A DNA stretch of 64,000 nt from Vicugna vicugna (Eukaryota): contig MU058337.1 of the NCBI GenBank assembly GCA_013265495.1, positions 436,001 through 500,000 of the forward strand, written 5' to 3'. The first letter of the stretch is position 1, and the number at the start of each line of letters is the position of its first letter. Made by a program: the position numbers and the translations under genes. Under the pieces are notes generated by a model that had not been told where the DNA came from, did not search any database, and was given only the letters and a program-made list of their open reading frames with translations. Of the stretch, positions 24,901 to 39,144 are shown piece by piece.

Positions 24901-26958
24901 GTTTTCTGGGAAGAGAAGAAATGTGGAGGCTGATACAGAAGTTAGACTTTGAGGGCTGGGTGTGGTGGAATATGAGAGAGGTCTGAGGAGGAGCTGGGGT
25001 GAGTCACAGGTTGACTTTTTTTTTTTTTTCAGGCATTTGTTGTTTGTGCTATTTAAATAGAAATTCTTTTAGAATTCCAAAATAAATTTCCCTGGAATTT
25101 CTCTCTCCTCCTTGGTCCTCTGAGCACCCAACCAGATACAGTATCGTATTTTTTTTTTTCCTGAAGGAAAATCTGAAATAGGAGAAAGCAAGAAAAAGGT
25201 GTCTATAGCTTTGTGAAAATATTGCAAATTTTCCTCACCATCCCATCTCCAAATCATTTAATGGGTCTCTGGGCTAATGGGAGAAAGAATTAGGGGCCAG
25301 CAGGCAGTGTGTAGACCTGGTGGAGCTTGGAGGAAGGGAGACCTGATATGGGGGCAGAGGAGCTAGCACAGACAGAAAGCTTGGTGGGATCTGAGCAAGG
25401 AGGCCATACGTATCCAATGCCCCAGGGGGAGCCCTGGGAGGTAGCAAGTACGCAGAGGAATGGCTGTAGGGTGTGTCTGGAAGGATGGACCTAAAGCAGT
25501 CCTACAACATTCCTCCTCATTCCAGTGGTGCACGAGAGAAACATAGTAACTTTCATGGTTCTGAAGTAGAACTGAGCAAGTTAAGGGTCCTAGGGAGGCG
25601 GACAGAATTTCCTGTGTTGCAGTGTGGCATGCATGGGAGTATTAAATCATCCCCCTCTCCTCAAAAGCAGAAAAAAGGCACTGGTCCCTAGGAACCCTGC
25701 AGACAAATCCTGAATGATAATGGAAGACTAACAGAAGCCAGTGGATAGCTCATCAGATGCCAGCTGAGCCACACGACATCGAAGACAAGAAACCGCTTCC
25801 ACGTCTTGTGTCTGTACTCGCGCTGGGTACCACTCCACCACCAGTTTAGACTCAGTCCTCTGAGGGAAAAGTTTGTTAATTTCCACTGACTAAAATTCAC
25901 TTAGACATTTAGTTGTAGAACTGAAGGCTGAGTTTTATTTCACTCTACGTGCCTAAGTTAAAACTGCACTGAATATTGTGATTGTCTACAACAGACCCCA
26001 TGTTATTTTAATTCTTCTTTAGTTTAAGTTATCTTTTATCACTTTCAAAGGCGTGGAATATTTAAAGAAGTGTTTAAATTTATCTTGGAAACATTTTTAG
26101 ATGCTAAAGTGTTCTGACTGCTAATGTGATTTCTTGTTCTGTTTAAACAACAGCTGTGCACCTACTGTCCCATATTTTCCTTTTGTATTTTAATGGTTTG
26201 AGTTAATCCTAAGGAAATGGCAGGACTATTATTGCTGCATTATGTTATTGATAGAAACAAGGATTACTTGAAGGTTTGAAATTAGGTTAATTTGGTGTCA
26301 AGGTTCCCATATGTGTAAATACTGAAACTAGCAATTAAATGACCATTCTGCAGACTCACAGAGATGTGGCCAGACTTGTGAAAACACATGTATAGGACAA
26401 TGTGCTAGACCAATGAAATAGAGACTTTTTTCTATGAATCCTTATGAATGGTTTATTCTAGAATTACATAATATGTACATACAGTCAATTTTTAATTATC
26501 TCAATATCCCATGAGATATACCATTGAGATACACTATGACACAGTTCCTAAAAGATTACCTTTCACCCACTGGAGCTTAAAAGAAATAGGTTACAACTGT
26601 AGCTAACAACAACTGAGGGCTTAGTGTACCAGATACTGGAATAGGCATTTTCATGAATCAAAATATTTAATATTCACAGTAAACTATTAAGTTTTTAATC
26701 TTCCTCTTTATTAATTCTGTCCTAAATGCACTCACAAGGATTTTAGACCAGAGGGAGATTTCTTCATTACTAACCTCATAGCAAACCACAAGCACACAGC
26801 ATCCCTGTGTGCTCATTCTTATCTCTGGGCCGTTGAGATGAAAGCCAGGGCAAATGTCCTACACACATGAAGTCTGCATTGCAGGCACGGAGTTGAGAAA
26901 GTAACTGTGGTCTGCTTGGGACAGAGGAGACTGCTGTCTCTCTTACTTCTTCATACAG

Positions 26959-27097
26959 AGTCTGCTTTGAAACATCTCGCTGTAACCCTTTGGGATGTAA
27001 ACATATCTTCCCAGAGAAGTGACAAGCCTGTGGTCTCCAGGTTTATGATGTAAAGATGACACTAGGTCCCGGACCTCCTCGCCCTGGAATGCCACAG
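26959..27097 (+). other. Candidate spliced exon, no open frame
   Basis: Acceptor ctctcttacttcttcatacag, consensus donor cag|gtgagt; 139 nt; stops in all frames. Confidence 0.35.
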
Positions 27098-29739
27098 GTG
27101 AGTCCCCGGAGCTCCCACAGTCCACACAGCAGCAGATTAACTTCTGAGGATGCTTTCATCTCAGGTCCCAGTTTCAGTAAAATCTGCTAGGAAAATCCCT
27201 AGCTGTGCACAGACATAAACATCTTTTCTCACTACACGCATTAGTTTTCAGTTGAGGCAACTTAACCTAGAGAAGTTAACTTGCTTTGGGTCAAATTTTA
27301 AGCTACCACTAAAGCCAGGATTTTGACCCCCATCTAAATTTAAAACCCAAAGTCTTAAATTAAACATTGTAATATTTTGTTCATCTGCTGGTTGACAAAA
27401 TGAATGAATGCATAAAATGGCCACAAATCAACTTTTGCTTCACAGTTTTTTCTAACTTGTCCCATACTAATGTAATAAACTGGTTTAATGTCATTTATTA
27501 TTTATTCAGTATTTCTTCATGAGAATCAACTGAGGCCTGTGGTAGGTGGGGGAAGAGTGAGGGCATATGGGGGTCATTATACAGAGGAAAGAATCAAGTA
27601 AAAAGTTCAGCAAATCTATTTAGGTGCAAGACACATAAAAATATTACATTTTCTGATCCCTCAAATTCATAACCTGGTAAACAAATTGACAAGCATTATA
27701 TATATGCCTGTAATGAATAAATGAATGAAAAAATGAATAAAAAAGGCACTTGTTCATGACATCTAGGCATATACGATCATTACAAAATGAGTAAATAGAA
27801 GTTTCGTAGATGTTTTGTTATATAGTCAATAATTCACTCAGATGAACTATTTGCCTGTTACCTACTTTGCTCCTTTATGCTTAAAATTTCCCTTGAGAAA
27901 AGGATATTTAAAATTAAATATCTAAGGTGTTTACAATTATTATACAGTTTCTAGGCATCAATACTTTATCTTAGAATAAATGACATTTACAGAGAACACT
28001 GATCTAAATATCTGGTCGTTGGTGCTAGGCTGGGGTTATTTTTGCCATTTTTCAGTATGATTGGCTTCTGTAGATACTAAAACATGACGTGGGAGGAGGG
28101 TGCAGGGTGAAGGGACTCACTTCAGAACCTCTTCTCAGTGGTTCAACGGAAGCCCCAGTCCTGTGTCTTGCCAGAACTGCAGTCATTTGGGGCAGGAGAG
28201 AATTTGTACTTTCAGTATAATTTCAAAACCGTATCACCCTTTCCTCTTCAAATCTCGGCATACTATGTGGGTTTAAACCCAACTAATGTAAGGAAATATC
28301 TACTGAAAGAATAACAAATATTGATGGCATAACAATATTACTATTGTTAGTATTATTGACAATTTAATAAATGCCAGGCACTTGGCAATGATATGTCTTC
28401 CCCAATAATCTGGATAAAACAAGGCAGGAAATGTATGTGGGTTAGAGGACAGTAGTCATTCCAAGAAGGAAAGGGTAGGAGATAGTAATTTGGGGAACAG
28501 TCCACTATAATCCAAAACCATAGTACCTTGAAGAAAGAGCAGTAGGTCCAAGGAGGTGATGCTGGAGACAATACTGTAACTTCCTACCTCGTCCCCAAGA
28601 AGGGAGTGAAGACAAAGGAGCCAATGGAGGCTGATATCATTCTCATTTTAAGGATGAAAAATTAAAATCATGGAAGTTACATAACTTGATCAGGGTTAAG
28701 TAAATAGCAGAGCAAGGATTTAATCTATTTACAATGTAGATTTTTCCTATCCTACCAAACTTCCTCCCAATAGTTAACTTTGCATATATTATTTGGTTAA
28801 TAAGTTCTATTTTAAGTCCTCAAGATTACAGCAACAATAAAGCATTATTACTAATAGGCATCCTACTGTCTCTCTCTCACCTAGAAGTAACTGAGGATAA
28901 GAATTTCTAATCTGACAAAACAGATAAATGTCCAAAGAATCAGGAGAAACCATCAAAACTGCACTAGAGAATTAGAAATGGCACTGATGATAGAATCAGT
29001 AAATAGAGAAGTGTGGTTAGAAAAGGTTTATCTTCCACAAGGAATCAATGAAGTATCAGTATTCCACCTGGTTTCTAGAAGAACTGGAGGATAATACACA
29101 TGCATTTATTAAGACCTCCTGCAAGATTCTTTAAACTGCATTTAGTGAAAAGCAAAGCTGTATGTGGCATTACACACGTTCATTCCTCAGGAAAATTTCC
29201 ACTATTGTGTATTACTGCATGTTTAAATTTGTGGACGAGGAAGCAGCCCCAGAACCACAATCTTTCCTGCAGGAAGGTGTTTATTTCATCTCCTTGCCTG
29301 CAACAAAGAATTAGGAAACAATTCTATGAAGTCAGAGAACTGTATCAACTTAGTTTATTTTAACAACGTAGGATTTTCTTTCAATGTGAACTTTCCATTT
29401 CTTTCCTAAAATCTTTGCCCACTCCCTGAATCTGTCATGTATTGATCAGAAAACTATGAAGCATTAAATCTATTAATTTCAAAAGTACACAAAGGAGCCA
29501 TGAAGTCAGATGTCTGAGACGGTTGCTTCATTACTGATCAATAATGTATTGAAAGGGAAAAAAAGGGAGTCTGAAGGGGAGAAGCAAATTAAGTCTAACA
29601 AGAGAACACTATAAATTAGCAACTTGACATACTTTATATAGCTTCTATCAGAGAGAAGATTAGTATCTTCATACTTTGTAAGATACAACATTGTTTTCTA
29701 AGGATAAATTTGGATAAAAACCTATTTAACTGATACTAG

Positions 29740-30025
29740 ACATGCATCCAAGTTTTATGGGGTCTGAAGCTTATATAACCTGGATAGCAAACTTAAAAGG
29801 GAAAAAACCCCACAAAGTTTGAAATAAAAACACAGATACTGGGGCTTGGCAGGAACTTATAAAAGTGGGGTCTTAAAATTTAAATATATTAACTTCCAAC
29901 TCAGACACACATAAACATATTTGAGATTTTATTTCATTCTAAAGGAACCTCTAAAAATTTTCAGTTGTGAACTCACTAGTAAGGGCCCTAGGAGCAGCCA
30001 GCTTCTCCAGGTAAATCGCACGGTG
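29740..30025. mobile_element. Possible hAT-type DNA transposon relic (MER96-like)
   Basis: atccaagttttatggggtctgaagcttatata at the left end and agcttctccaggtaaatc at the right end. Confidence 0.4.
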
Positions 30026-31419
30026 TGCTACTTTTGTCTGCAATCCACGTTGCTCAGGATACCTAACACTCAGGTGTAGATGAACTGAGATAATCGCTGC
30101 CCTGCTGACAGGAGCAGAATCTCGTTTGCCGCCTGTGGATCATGCCACCAACAGGACGATGACTCAGCGCTTCTGGCTTGTCACAGGATGAAATGCCATG
30201 TAAAAAACAAACCCATGTTGCTAATGATATGTTGCATAATTTATCGATATTTTCAAAAGGTTTACATGGTATAATTCCAATAAATAAAAATTATCTCTAA
30301 TTTGAAGTTGTAGTTGAGTTTTACTTCATCCTTCATGTTTTTTCTGCGTATTTTGTTTTTCGTTTTTAGTTCTTACTTTATTATTTTTTGAATTTTCTAA
30401 ATTTTTTTCAGTAAGTGAGTATTAATTTTAAAACTAAAAATTATTTTTAACATTGAAACAACCGTGAAATGTGAGATAAACGTCAATGTATTAACTTAAA
30501 TAAATGAAGAAATATTATTTTAGTGAAATGATATAAGTAGAACTTCTGTTGAATCAACAGTGCATTGCACCCTCAAGAAAATTTGCAATACTGTGTCTTC
30601 TGCACAAGTAAAATCTTGGTAACATATGTGAAAACATTCACAATTTTCATGGTGTGAAAAAAACTACAACTGCCCTATTTTTATTGCTCCTTCCATGCAA
30701 TAAAAATATAACTTTTCCTTAACTGACTGACACACATAAAATTACTATATGTTACAAAAGAGAGATTAAATCAGAATCTATTCTGCTTTCATCTTACATA
30801 CTTCCATCTAGTTATCATGCTCCCACAGGAAAGATTTCTAATCAACTGTGTATGCCTTTTTTGTTTTATAGCATGTAACCTCAATTTAGTACTCAGCAAT
30901 CTGGGTATACATGAGTTTCTAGCTTATGTGGTAGTTTCATTTGTAGAACAATAAAACTATAGGTTGTTTTTAGTATCAAATACATGCTAAGAAATGAGTA
31001 ATTGTCAGGAAGACATTATAGGGAGTTAATAAACACTGAATATCCATGTCACAGTTATACTGCTTCATCTAAAACCCTAACAGGTTATTAACAGCTTTAG
31101 TAAAAGGACAGAGGTGTGAACTATGCAAGTGAGCAAATAAGGTCCATGTTTAGTAATAAAAAGAGAAAGTAAGAAGCCATCTGAAAACTGTAGCTTTTAT
31201 TAAAGTTATTAAATAGTAAATAGTAAAATACGAAAAAGCAAAGTTTTAGAAAATACTTTATCTGGTTAAGGAAAAATACTAATGTACTAGTCAAGATGCT
31301 TTCTCTTTCTCTCACCCTACATATTAAACTTATTATAAAAGCATAAGCACATACCAAAGGTTATTGAGGAAGTTTTAAAAGGAAGACATATCTATGCATA
31401 AAATTTGGCAAGATCACTC

Positions 31420-32530
31420 CAACCACTTTCAAAAGATGAACTATATCACCAAAAGCTAAATATAAAGAAATATAATATAGATGATAAACAAAGTGTTAGT
31501 TTCTGTAACACAGAAAGTACTCTTTGATAATTATAAGATAAAGAAAAAAGTAGATAGAAAATTCAGTAAGGATCTAAATCCTCAGGGTCCACTATGATAA
31601 CCAGTGGACATGTGTGGTCATTTAAATTAAAATCAATTAAAGTTAAACAAAATTTAACATTCAGTTTCTCGGTCACAATGCTATATTTCAAGGAGTATTT
31701 CTACAATGTTGAAAAACTCTATTGAAGTTGCTGCTTTAAATTGTCAGCCGATAGAAGAGCAAATACAAATGGCCAACTCACCAACAAAAACTGGCCAAAT
31801 TCACTAGTATGTGGCCACAATGACTGACGCAGCAGAGTATTACTTTACACTCACCACGCTGGCAAACCATGAAAAGGACGTGCATACTCTCTTTGCCTAG
31901 GATTAATTCTTTCTTACCACTACCACAGAACTATGATTCAGCGTATCATTTTTAAAAGAAAAACAATAATATTTATTTAATAACATTTTATAACATGTAC
32001 ATATATGTGTATGTGTGTTTTGTATAGATCTCTTGACAACAGTATCCTTCCTGGCAAATCTCTCCCACAGAAATGGAAGTCCAAGTACAAATGACATATG
32101 TATGTCTTATGTTAATGAAAGTCTTGCTTGTAATGGCCCCAAACATGCAAACAAAAATAAAACCAAAAAAACAAAGAAGTGCCCATCCATAGAAAAATAG
32201 CTGAATTTATTACATTGTACTCACATCTTGGAATACTCTTCAGACACTGAAAATAATAAGGAAAAACCACACAAGTTGACTTGGTGTAATGCCCACAAAG
32301 AACTGTAAGTGAAAAAAGATATGCTTGATATGAACTTATCTTTTTTTGCAAAGCAAAAATGACACGTACACTTATACACACACACATAAGCCAATACATG
32401 AATGTGCATTTATGATTATCTGAGCACGGAAATGTATGAAGACTACAAATTAGACTGCTCCTTGTGCTAACGTGCTGTGGGGGTGAGGATGGAGAATTCA
32501 ATATGGGAAAAGGGACGTTAAGCATAAAAA
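31420..32530 (+). mobile_element. Ancient L1 (L1ME-like) 3' region, interrupted by a MER3-like element
   Basis: gcaaatacaaatggccaa, aagtgcccatccatagaaaaatagctgaattt and similar degraded L1 3' motifs. Confidence 0.55.
31585..31735. mobile_element. hAT-Charlie MITE (MER3-like)
   Basis: acatgtgtggtcatttaaattaaaatcaattaaagttaaacaaaatttaacattcagtttctcggtcac. Confidence 0.65.
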
Positions 32531-32852
32531 CACTTAAAAAGACATAAGATTTGATCATTCAGGTAATCCTGTACAGTTATATACATCTATATGGGTGTAA
32601 GGCATTAGAAACATTTAAAAGAAAATTCATGCTTTCTAAATCTAGCAAAAAATTTAACTATCCAGATTGAATTTTAATGCATATTTCTTTTCCAAAATAC
32701 AAAATAAGATTTTTCTTGCAGCATATTTCTTAATTTTTAAATTTAGGTGTCAGTTATGCTTTTTCTTGTTTACCTGAAGATGCATCTAACACATCCTAGG
32801 AAAAACATAATTTTATTCAAGTAACTGTAATTAGAAGGATTAAGATACTAGA

Positions 32853-33160
32853 GCAACACTGACAAGGGAAATACAGGGCAAGCTGTAAATGAGTCAACTT
32901 GCAATTTAAAATCTTCTTATTGCCACATTACAAAAGTGAAAGGAAATAAGTGAAATCAATTTTAGTAATATGTTCTTTTTAACTCCAAATATCCAAAACG
33001 TTACCATGTCAGCTAGTAGCTAACAGAACAATTATTGAAATACTTGTCATTACTTTTTCACATTAAGCCTTTGAAAACCTGGGTATATTTTACACTTTCA
33101 GCGCTTCTCCATCTGCTTGGCCACCTTCTAGGGCTCAACTGTTAGTGGACGGAACAGAAC
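32853..33160. mobile_element. hAT-Charlie MITE (MER33-like)
   Basis: aagtgaaatcaattttagtaatatg...tatccaaaac...tattttacactttcagc; ctaga target-like sequence at both ends. Confidence 0.7.
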
Positions 33161-33349
33161 TAGACAACTGGAAGAAAGGCGAGAACTGGTTTAAAATGTG
33201 GCAGTTGCAAAAATTTTGCTCATGATACAGAGGAATTCAGAACTTTCCAACCTTTTTTTCTGTTCACTGGCACACCACATGTAAGTGATATATAGCATTT
33301 CCAGTGTAATGCTGTCCAATTTCTCACAAATGATTTCTTGTTTCCCCCG

Positions 33350-33580
33350 GTTTTAAGATATAGACACAGCACCATACAAACTTAAGGTGTACAGCATAAT
33401 GGTTTGGCTTATATGTATTGTGAAATAATTACTACAATAAGCCCAGTTAATAGCCATCATCTCATATAGATACAAAAAAAACGAAATAAAAAAATGTTTT
33501 TTTCTTGAGGTAGTTAACTCTTGGGATCCACTCTCTTAACTATTCAAATATACCAGGTAACAGTGTTAACTAGTCATCAT
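33350..33580 (-). mobile_element. L1 3' UTR fragment (L1MA9-like)
   Basis: ttaaggtgtacagcataatggtttg...ccatcatctcatatagatac. Confidence 0.65.
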
Positions 33581-33866
33581 GTGGGAAGACGGTTTCTTTT
33601 ATAAGGATCTCTAAGGATATTTTCCCATGGTGTCTGCAATAGCAGGTTTCTCTCACACAAATGGTTATTTTAGAAGTGGGGATGCAACGGAGAAATGTGT
33701 GTCTGTGACTGGGTGTGCTTCTTGTAGCCTGTGACCTTTCTCCTTCAAGCATTCATTACAATCATCTGCAAACCTTTTCTTTCTTAAAATGCAGAATCTT
33801 GCACCATCCTAAACTCAGGGATTCAGAATTTCCAACTGGGAGATGAGTGCCCATCCACTGATTTTT

Positions 33867-34636
33867 TTTTTAACATTTTTTTCATTGAGTTATAGTCATT
33901 TTACAATGTTGTGTCAAATTCCAGTGTAGAGCACACTTTTTCAATTATACATGAACATACATACATTCATTGCCACATTCTCTTTCGCTGTGAGCCACCA
34001 CAAGATCCTGTATATATTTCTCTGTGCTACACAGTACAATCTTGTTTATCTATTCTACATTTTGAAATCCCAGACCTGTCCCACCACCCCATCTCACTAG
34101 CAACCACAAGTTTGTATTCTATGTCTATGAGTCTGTTTCTGTTTTGTATTTATGTGTTGCTGTTGTTGTTGATTTTTTAGATTCCGCATATGAGCGATCT
34201 CATATGGTATTTTTCATTCTCTTTCTGGCTTACTTCACTTAGAATGACATTTTCCACGAACATCCATGTTGCTGCAAATGGCATTATGTTGTCGGTTTTT
34301 ATGGCTGAATAGTATTCCATTGTATAAATATACCACATCTTCTTTATCCAGTCATCTGCTGATGGACATTTAGGCTGTCTCCATGTCTTGGCTATTGTAA
34401 ATGGTGCTGCTATGAACATTGGAGTGCAGGTGTCATCCTGAAGTAGGGTTCCTTCTGGATATGTGCCCAGGAGTGGGATTCCTGGGTCATAGCGTAAGTC
34501 TATTCCTAGTCTTTTGAGGAATCTCCATACTGTTTTCCACAGTGGCTGCACCAAACTGCATTCCCACCAGCAGTGTAGGAGGGTTCCCCTTTCTCCACAG
34601 CCTCTCCAGCATTTGTCATTTGTGGATTTTTGAATG
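33867..34636 (-). mobile_element. Young 5'-truncated L1, camelid-type 3' UTR
   Basis: Uninterrupted ORF2 C-terminus, poly-T at the left end, 18-bp TSD gcccatc(c/g)actgattttt at 33849-33866 and 34637-34654 with one mismatch. Confidence 0.96.
34177..34635 (-). pseudogene. L1 ORF2 C-terminal coding fragment with cysteine-rich zinc knuckle (truncated, no promoter)
   Basis: [43 protein letters not shown]...KKMWYIYTMEYYSAIK...SLICGI-stop; includes track ORF 34177..34554. Confidence 0.93.
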
Positions 34637-36051
34637 GCCCATCGACTGATTTTTAAAAAACACTCACCTCATGATTTTGGGGTAATAAAGACTGGTTTCT
34701 GAGCAGCTGTTTCAGAGGCTTTGCTTCCTTTTCGCTTCCGGCCTGCAGGCGTGTCAGCACTTAGCTGTACAGGCGTTTCTCCTGTGTTTTAGTGCTAAAC
34801 CCACTCTGGATTCATTTATTTTAATTCCACTGTTATTTTCCCTTCACCTTGATTATGAACTTTCCTAACCTGAGACTGACCCACACAAAATTTCAATACA
34901 AGTTATTTAACAGAGAAAATAATCGAGATGTATTAACATGTCTTTGTGAAATGTCTTTACTAACGCGTGACTTGAGGCCTCGTTGCCCTGGGTGGTTCAT
35001 TTCCCTGCCGAGAAGATTAGTGATGTTCCAGAAGCGACACAAATACATAATTTCTGCTGTGAAAAAATAGAATTTTGCAGCAAACAACTTTCTGTGCAAG
35101 CCCATTTACTGTGTGGCTAAAGTCTGCCGTTTCCTTCCCCTTGACATCAGCTTTCTGTGTCACCAGCCAAGCCTAGTGCCACATGCCCTTGGAATTCTTC
35201 CGTGTGTTGGAAAGGACAGTTCTGCCTATGACAGTACAGAAGTGAGGGTGTGACGTGGATGGGGTGAAAGAAAAGCGCAGGGGCCTTGGAAAGGAATCTG
35301 AGAGGGAGAAAGTGGAGGCAACCCAACATCCTGATGCTGAGGAGAGGGGTACACTCAACAATTGAGGACAACACTGAGATCTACCTTTTAGGATTCTGGC
35401 CACCACATACCTACGTGGGGACAAACATCTGCAAGGAACTTGAGACCCTGTGACACGAGCAAGCAGCCGGAGGTACGCCTTCCCATACTACCCTGGTCCA
35501 CGCAGTAAGATATAGACTGGGGTCAGGCCCAGTGGGTGACTGAGGGGACGCTTGCCAGAGGAGTAAGGTGACCATGGAGAGGGATGGAGCCGGTGCTGCT
35601 GGGGCTGGGAGAGAGCGGGAAACACAGTCAGAACCCAGAGAAATGCATAGCACCCTGTGGGGTGGGGGCACCCGGACAGTTCTCAAAGCTGAGCTGCATC
35701 AAGTGTAGATGTCAGTCACCAGTGAGCACTGAGTGAGCTGTAGCCGGAGACAGAGTGCTGAGGGCTTTGCCCAGTGACCAGAGCACAACAAAAGCATAAA
35801 AAGAGCATGACCAGAGTGCCATGGTGGTGAGGAAAGTGTCATAAAATCCAAGGCCACAAGTCAGATTTCTTACAGTTAGACACGTCTTAGGGGAGATGCT
35901 CAGAGGACTCAGTATGCTCGTCCAGCAGGGACTGATGATACCTAACTGTCAGATTAGAACATGCTTGAAACTAGGTGTGGTGTTTCATTAATTTTTTGCC
36001 TGCTCAGGAGACAGGCTAGATTACATAATCTACTTTGTAATCTATTATGTA

Positions 36052-36650
36052 AGCCGTTTTGGAAAATTTCTTCAGCAATTTCTCAAGAAGAGAAACATAA
36101 AACTACTATATGACCCAACAAATCCACTGATTGGTATTTACCCAAGAAAAATAAAAATACATACCCACATTAAGACTTACATGTGAATGCTCACAGCAGC
36201 AATATTTTAATAGCCTAAACCAAAACTGAACCTAAATGTTCATCAGCTGGGAATGGACAGACCAAATGTGATACACTTACACAGTGGAATAGTATTTACC
36301 AATTAAAAAACCAAACGACTGACATGCTACAGCATGGATGAACACTAAGGAAAAGAAGCCATATAAAAGAGAATACATATGATGTGATTTCATTTATACG
36401 AAATGGACAGAAAAAAGTTAAATTTTTAGACAGAAAATAGATTAGTGGTTGCCTGGGGCTCAGGGTGGGAGTGGGGATTTACTGTAAGTGGGTATGGGGG
36501 ATGTCACTAGAAGGCTGAAAGCATTCTAAAATTCATTTTTGAGGATGGTTGCATCACTTGCTAAAGTTACCAAAAAATCATTAAATTGTATACTCCAAAT
36601 GGGTGAATGTTAAGATATACATAAAATACACCTCAATAAAGTTGGCTAGA
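36052..36650 (+). mobile_element. Old L1 (L1MB/ME-like) ORF2 end and 3' UTR
   Basis: tatatgacccaacaaatccactgattggtatttacccaag...agattagtggttgcctgggg...cctcaataaagttg. Confidence 0.85.
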
Positions 36651-37292
36651 AAAATAATATATGATGCCAGCTTAAGTAATTTGGATATTAAGTGTTCTCT
36701 GATAAAGAAATCAAAATCAATAGATTGTGCATGCAGTTGGATTTTTAGTTGAAATAGTAAAGGAGCCCGTATCTGCGTATCAATCAGCACAAAACTGATA
36801 CGTTGGAATACACCTCGCTTGTCAAATTTCACATCTTTTTAAAAATGTTTTTAATCACTGGCGATATTGTTTCTCTATTCAGCAATGCTGATATCAGAAT
36901 GGTAAATTAATGAAAAACAACATGAAAAAATATGCCATTTAAGGTCATTTCTGAATTACTGTTTAATATATTATTATTATATATTAAATGCCTTAAAATG
37001 TTGATAATCAATTTTCAAGTCATTCACATCCTCTTTTTCTTTTAACACATGGAATTCTAAACTTATTTTAGATTTCCTTTCTGCCTAGGTAGAAACTAAT
37101 AATTTGCCAATAGTAAATACATTAAAAACTGTATTTGACCTTTGTTTTCTCACTTTCAAGTAAGACTATGCATAAAGGGAGAAAGAGTTCATCCTTTATA
37201 TGGTAAAAAAGAGAAGGCATCATTAGAAAAATAAAACACTAGATCCAGTAGTGATGAAATAAACATAGGCTATGGCGAATGAACCAAGAAGG

Positions 37293-37465
37293 CAGAGCTG
37301 GCTTCACGGGTACGGAACATAGCAGTCTCACGGGCCCACCTCAGAAGGGCCCACTCTTGCTTTAACATTCTGCGGTTGCCATCTGAACATTCTTCACAGT
37401 TTTTCAGCATGGGGCTCCGCCTTTTTATTTTGCACTGGGCCCAGTAAATTAGGTGGCCAGTACTG
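37293..37465. mobile_element. hAT MITE (MER91A-like)
   Basis: cagagctggcttcacggg...cagaagggccc...attttgcactgggccc...ggccagtactg; CAG...CTG termini. Confidence 0.8.
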
Positions 37466-38834
37466 CGTGCAGAGAACAGTATCTGAAGAAAGGTGGCACT
37501 TGAGCATTTTAGTTCTACTTCAATTGTCCTTGTGTGTTGAAATCTTTCCTCTCTGTATGCTTAGAGTTAGATAAATACGGATAAAAATATGTGCCGTTAT
37601 GTGACTGTACTCAAACAGCTGAATGAATTCATAGGACCTGCTAACTCAGAATCACCATTTTGTTCAATTTACTTAACCATTTGTGGATAATCCAGTATAG
37701 TAACCAGTTTCTTATGAAAAGACTTAGAAAGGTCAGACTGGTGCCCACCCAGCACTTCATCTGTTTTGCCAGTGAGCTCACTGGACTGACACACCACCAG
37801 TACCTTTGCTGGCTGAAGGGAAGAACGCTGTCCAGAAGTCTTACTCCTGGAGGCTACTCCACTCACAGCTGACACTGTGATAGAGAAGATGAGGAAGAGG
37901 TGCCAGACAGATAAATGGCACTTATTTTGAAACTAAAATCCAGAAATTATGCTATATTCAACACACTTGTGAAAGCGAGCTGGTGTCATCTGCTAATGAT
38001 GGTTTAGCTGCTGTAAAATTACATGAAGTCTATCAAAAGCTTTCTGTAAATGAGTAAAATCCTCTCTGGACAGCATATATTTCTAGGAAGTAAAAATGTA
38101 TTTTCTCTCAGCTTCATATAAAACAATGCTCTCTTTTCTATCTTTTCTCGTCCTTGAAATCTTTACTCACTCCATCTCTTTCGCCTCTTCTGAAGGAATC
38201 TACAGTTTGAGACCTCCACATTCCCTTTATACTAACACAGATACATGCCAGCATCACCCCTAATTAACTGATAGTGGCCTCCTTGGTGCTGAGCTGCACC
38301 CCGTCAGCAGGAAAGTGACCTGTGACTGATTAGCAATGACTTACTATAGGAGGGTGCTGAAACGGTGAGTGTGGGGACACCGGGAAGGGAGCCCAAGGGA
38401 AGGCGTGTATTTGCTGATCTTAAAGAAGGGTCTGTTCTTCTGCTACCAAATAGCCAAGTGCCCTAATGTTTGCAATTCCTTTTCATTTTTGCAGAAGCTT
38501 TCATTTGAGAAACACTGATTTAATAAATGTCGCTATTGTATATTCACTTCCAACTTGTTTGATGTTACAAAATGTGAAAGCTGGAACTAAAACTGGAACC
38601 TGGACTGAAACCTTTATAGTGCAGAGTGTGACTGAAGCACTAGGTCAACTGGTTGAATACTGAGGCCTCCGTATCTTTTTCCCAACACTTGTCTTCCTCC
38701 GGAATGCCCTTGATCATGAAACAATTGTATTCACTCTTAAAGCCTAGCTCAGAAGTCATTTTCTTTAATAAGCTATCCTGACTTTTCCAACAGAGGTCAC
38801 AGCTCTCTTGCCTCTGTTTTGTTTTTGTGTTTTC

Positions 38835-39144
38835 ACAGCTATGAGCCTGCGGACACCTGTAGGGGATGCTCTTTTCTTGTCTCTTCCTAGTTCCTAGTGG
38901 TTTGTGGGCAGTCTTTCATATTCCTTGGCCTGCAGATGCACCTCTCCAGCCCTGCATCCTCATATGGCTGGCTTCTTATAAGAACAGTCATACTGGGTTA
39001 GGGACCCCCTCTATTCCAGTATGATCTCATCCTAATGTAATTAATTACATATGCAAGACCCTTTTTTCAAATAAGGTCACATTCTGAGGGAGTAGAGGTT
39101 AGGACTTCAACAAATTTTGGAGAGGACACAATTTAACCTATAAC
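38835..39144 (-). mobile_element. MaLR LTR (MLT1A-C-like)
   Basis: caaataaggtcacattctgaggg...gttaggacttcaaca...gacacaatttaacctataac is the reverse of the MLT1 5' end. Confidence 0.88.

Noticed and set aside
32112..32558. 148-aa minus-strand ORF
   Set aside because: Antisense to a degraded L1 3' region; its Phe/Cys/Val-rich composition is typical of spurious ORFs.
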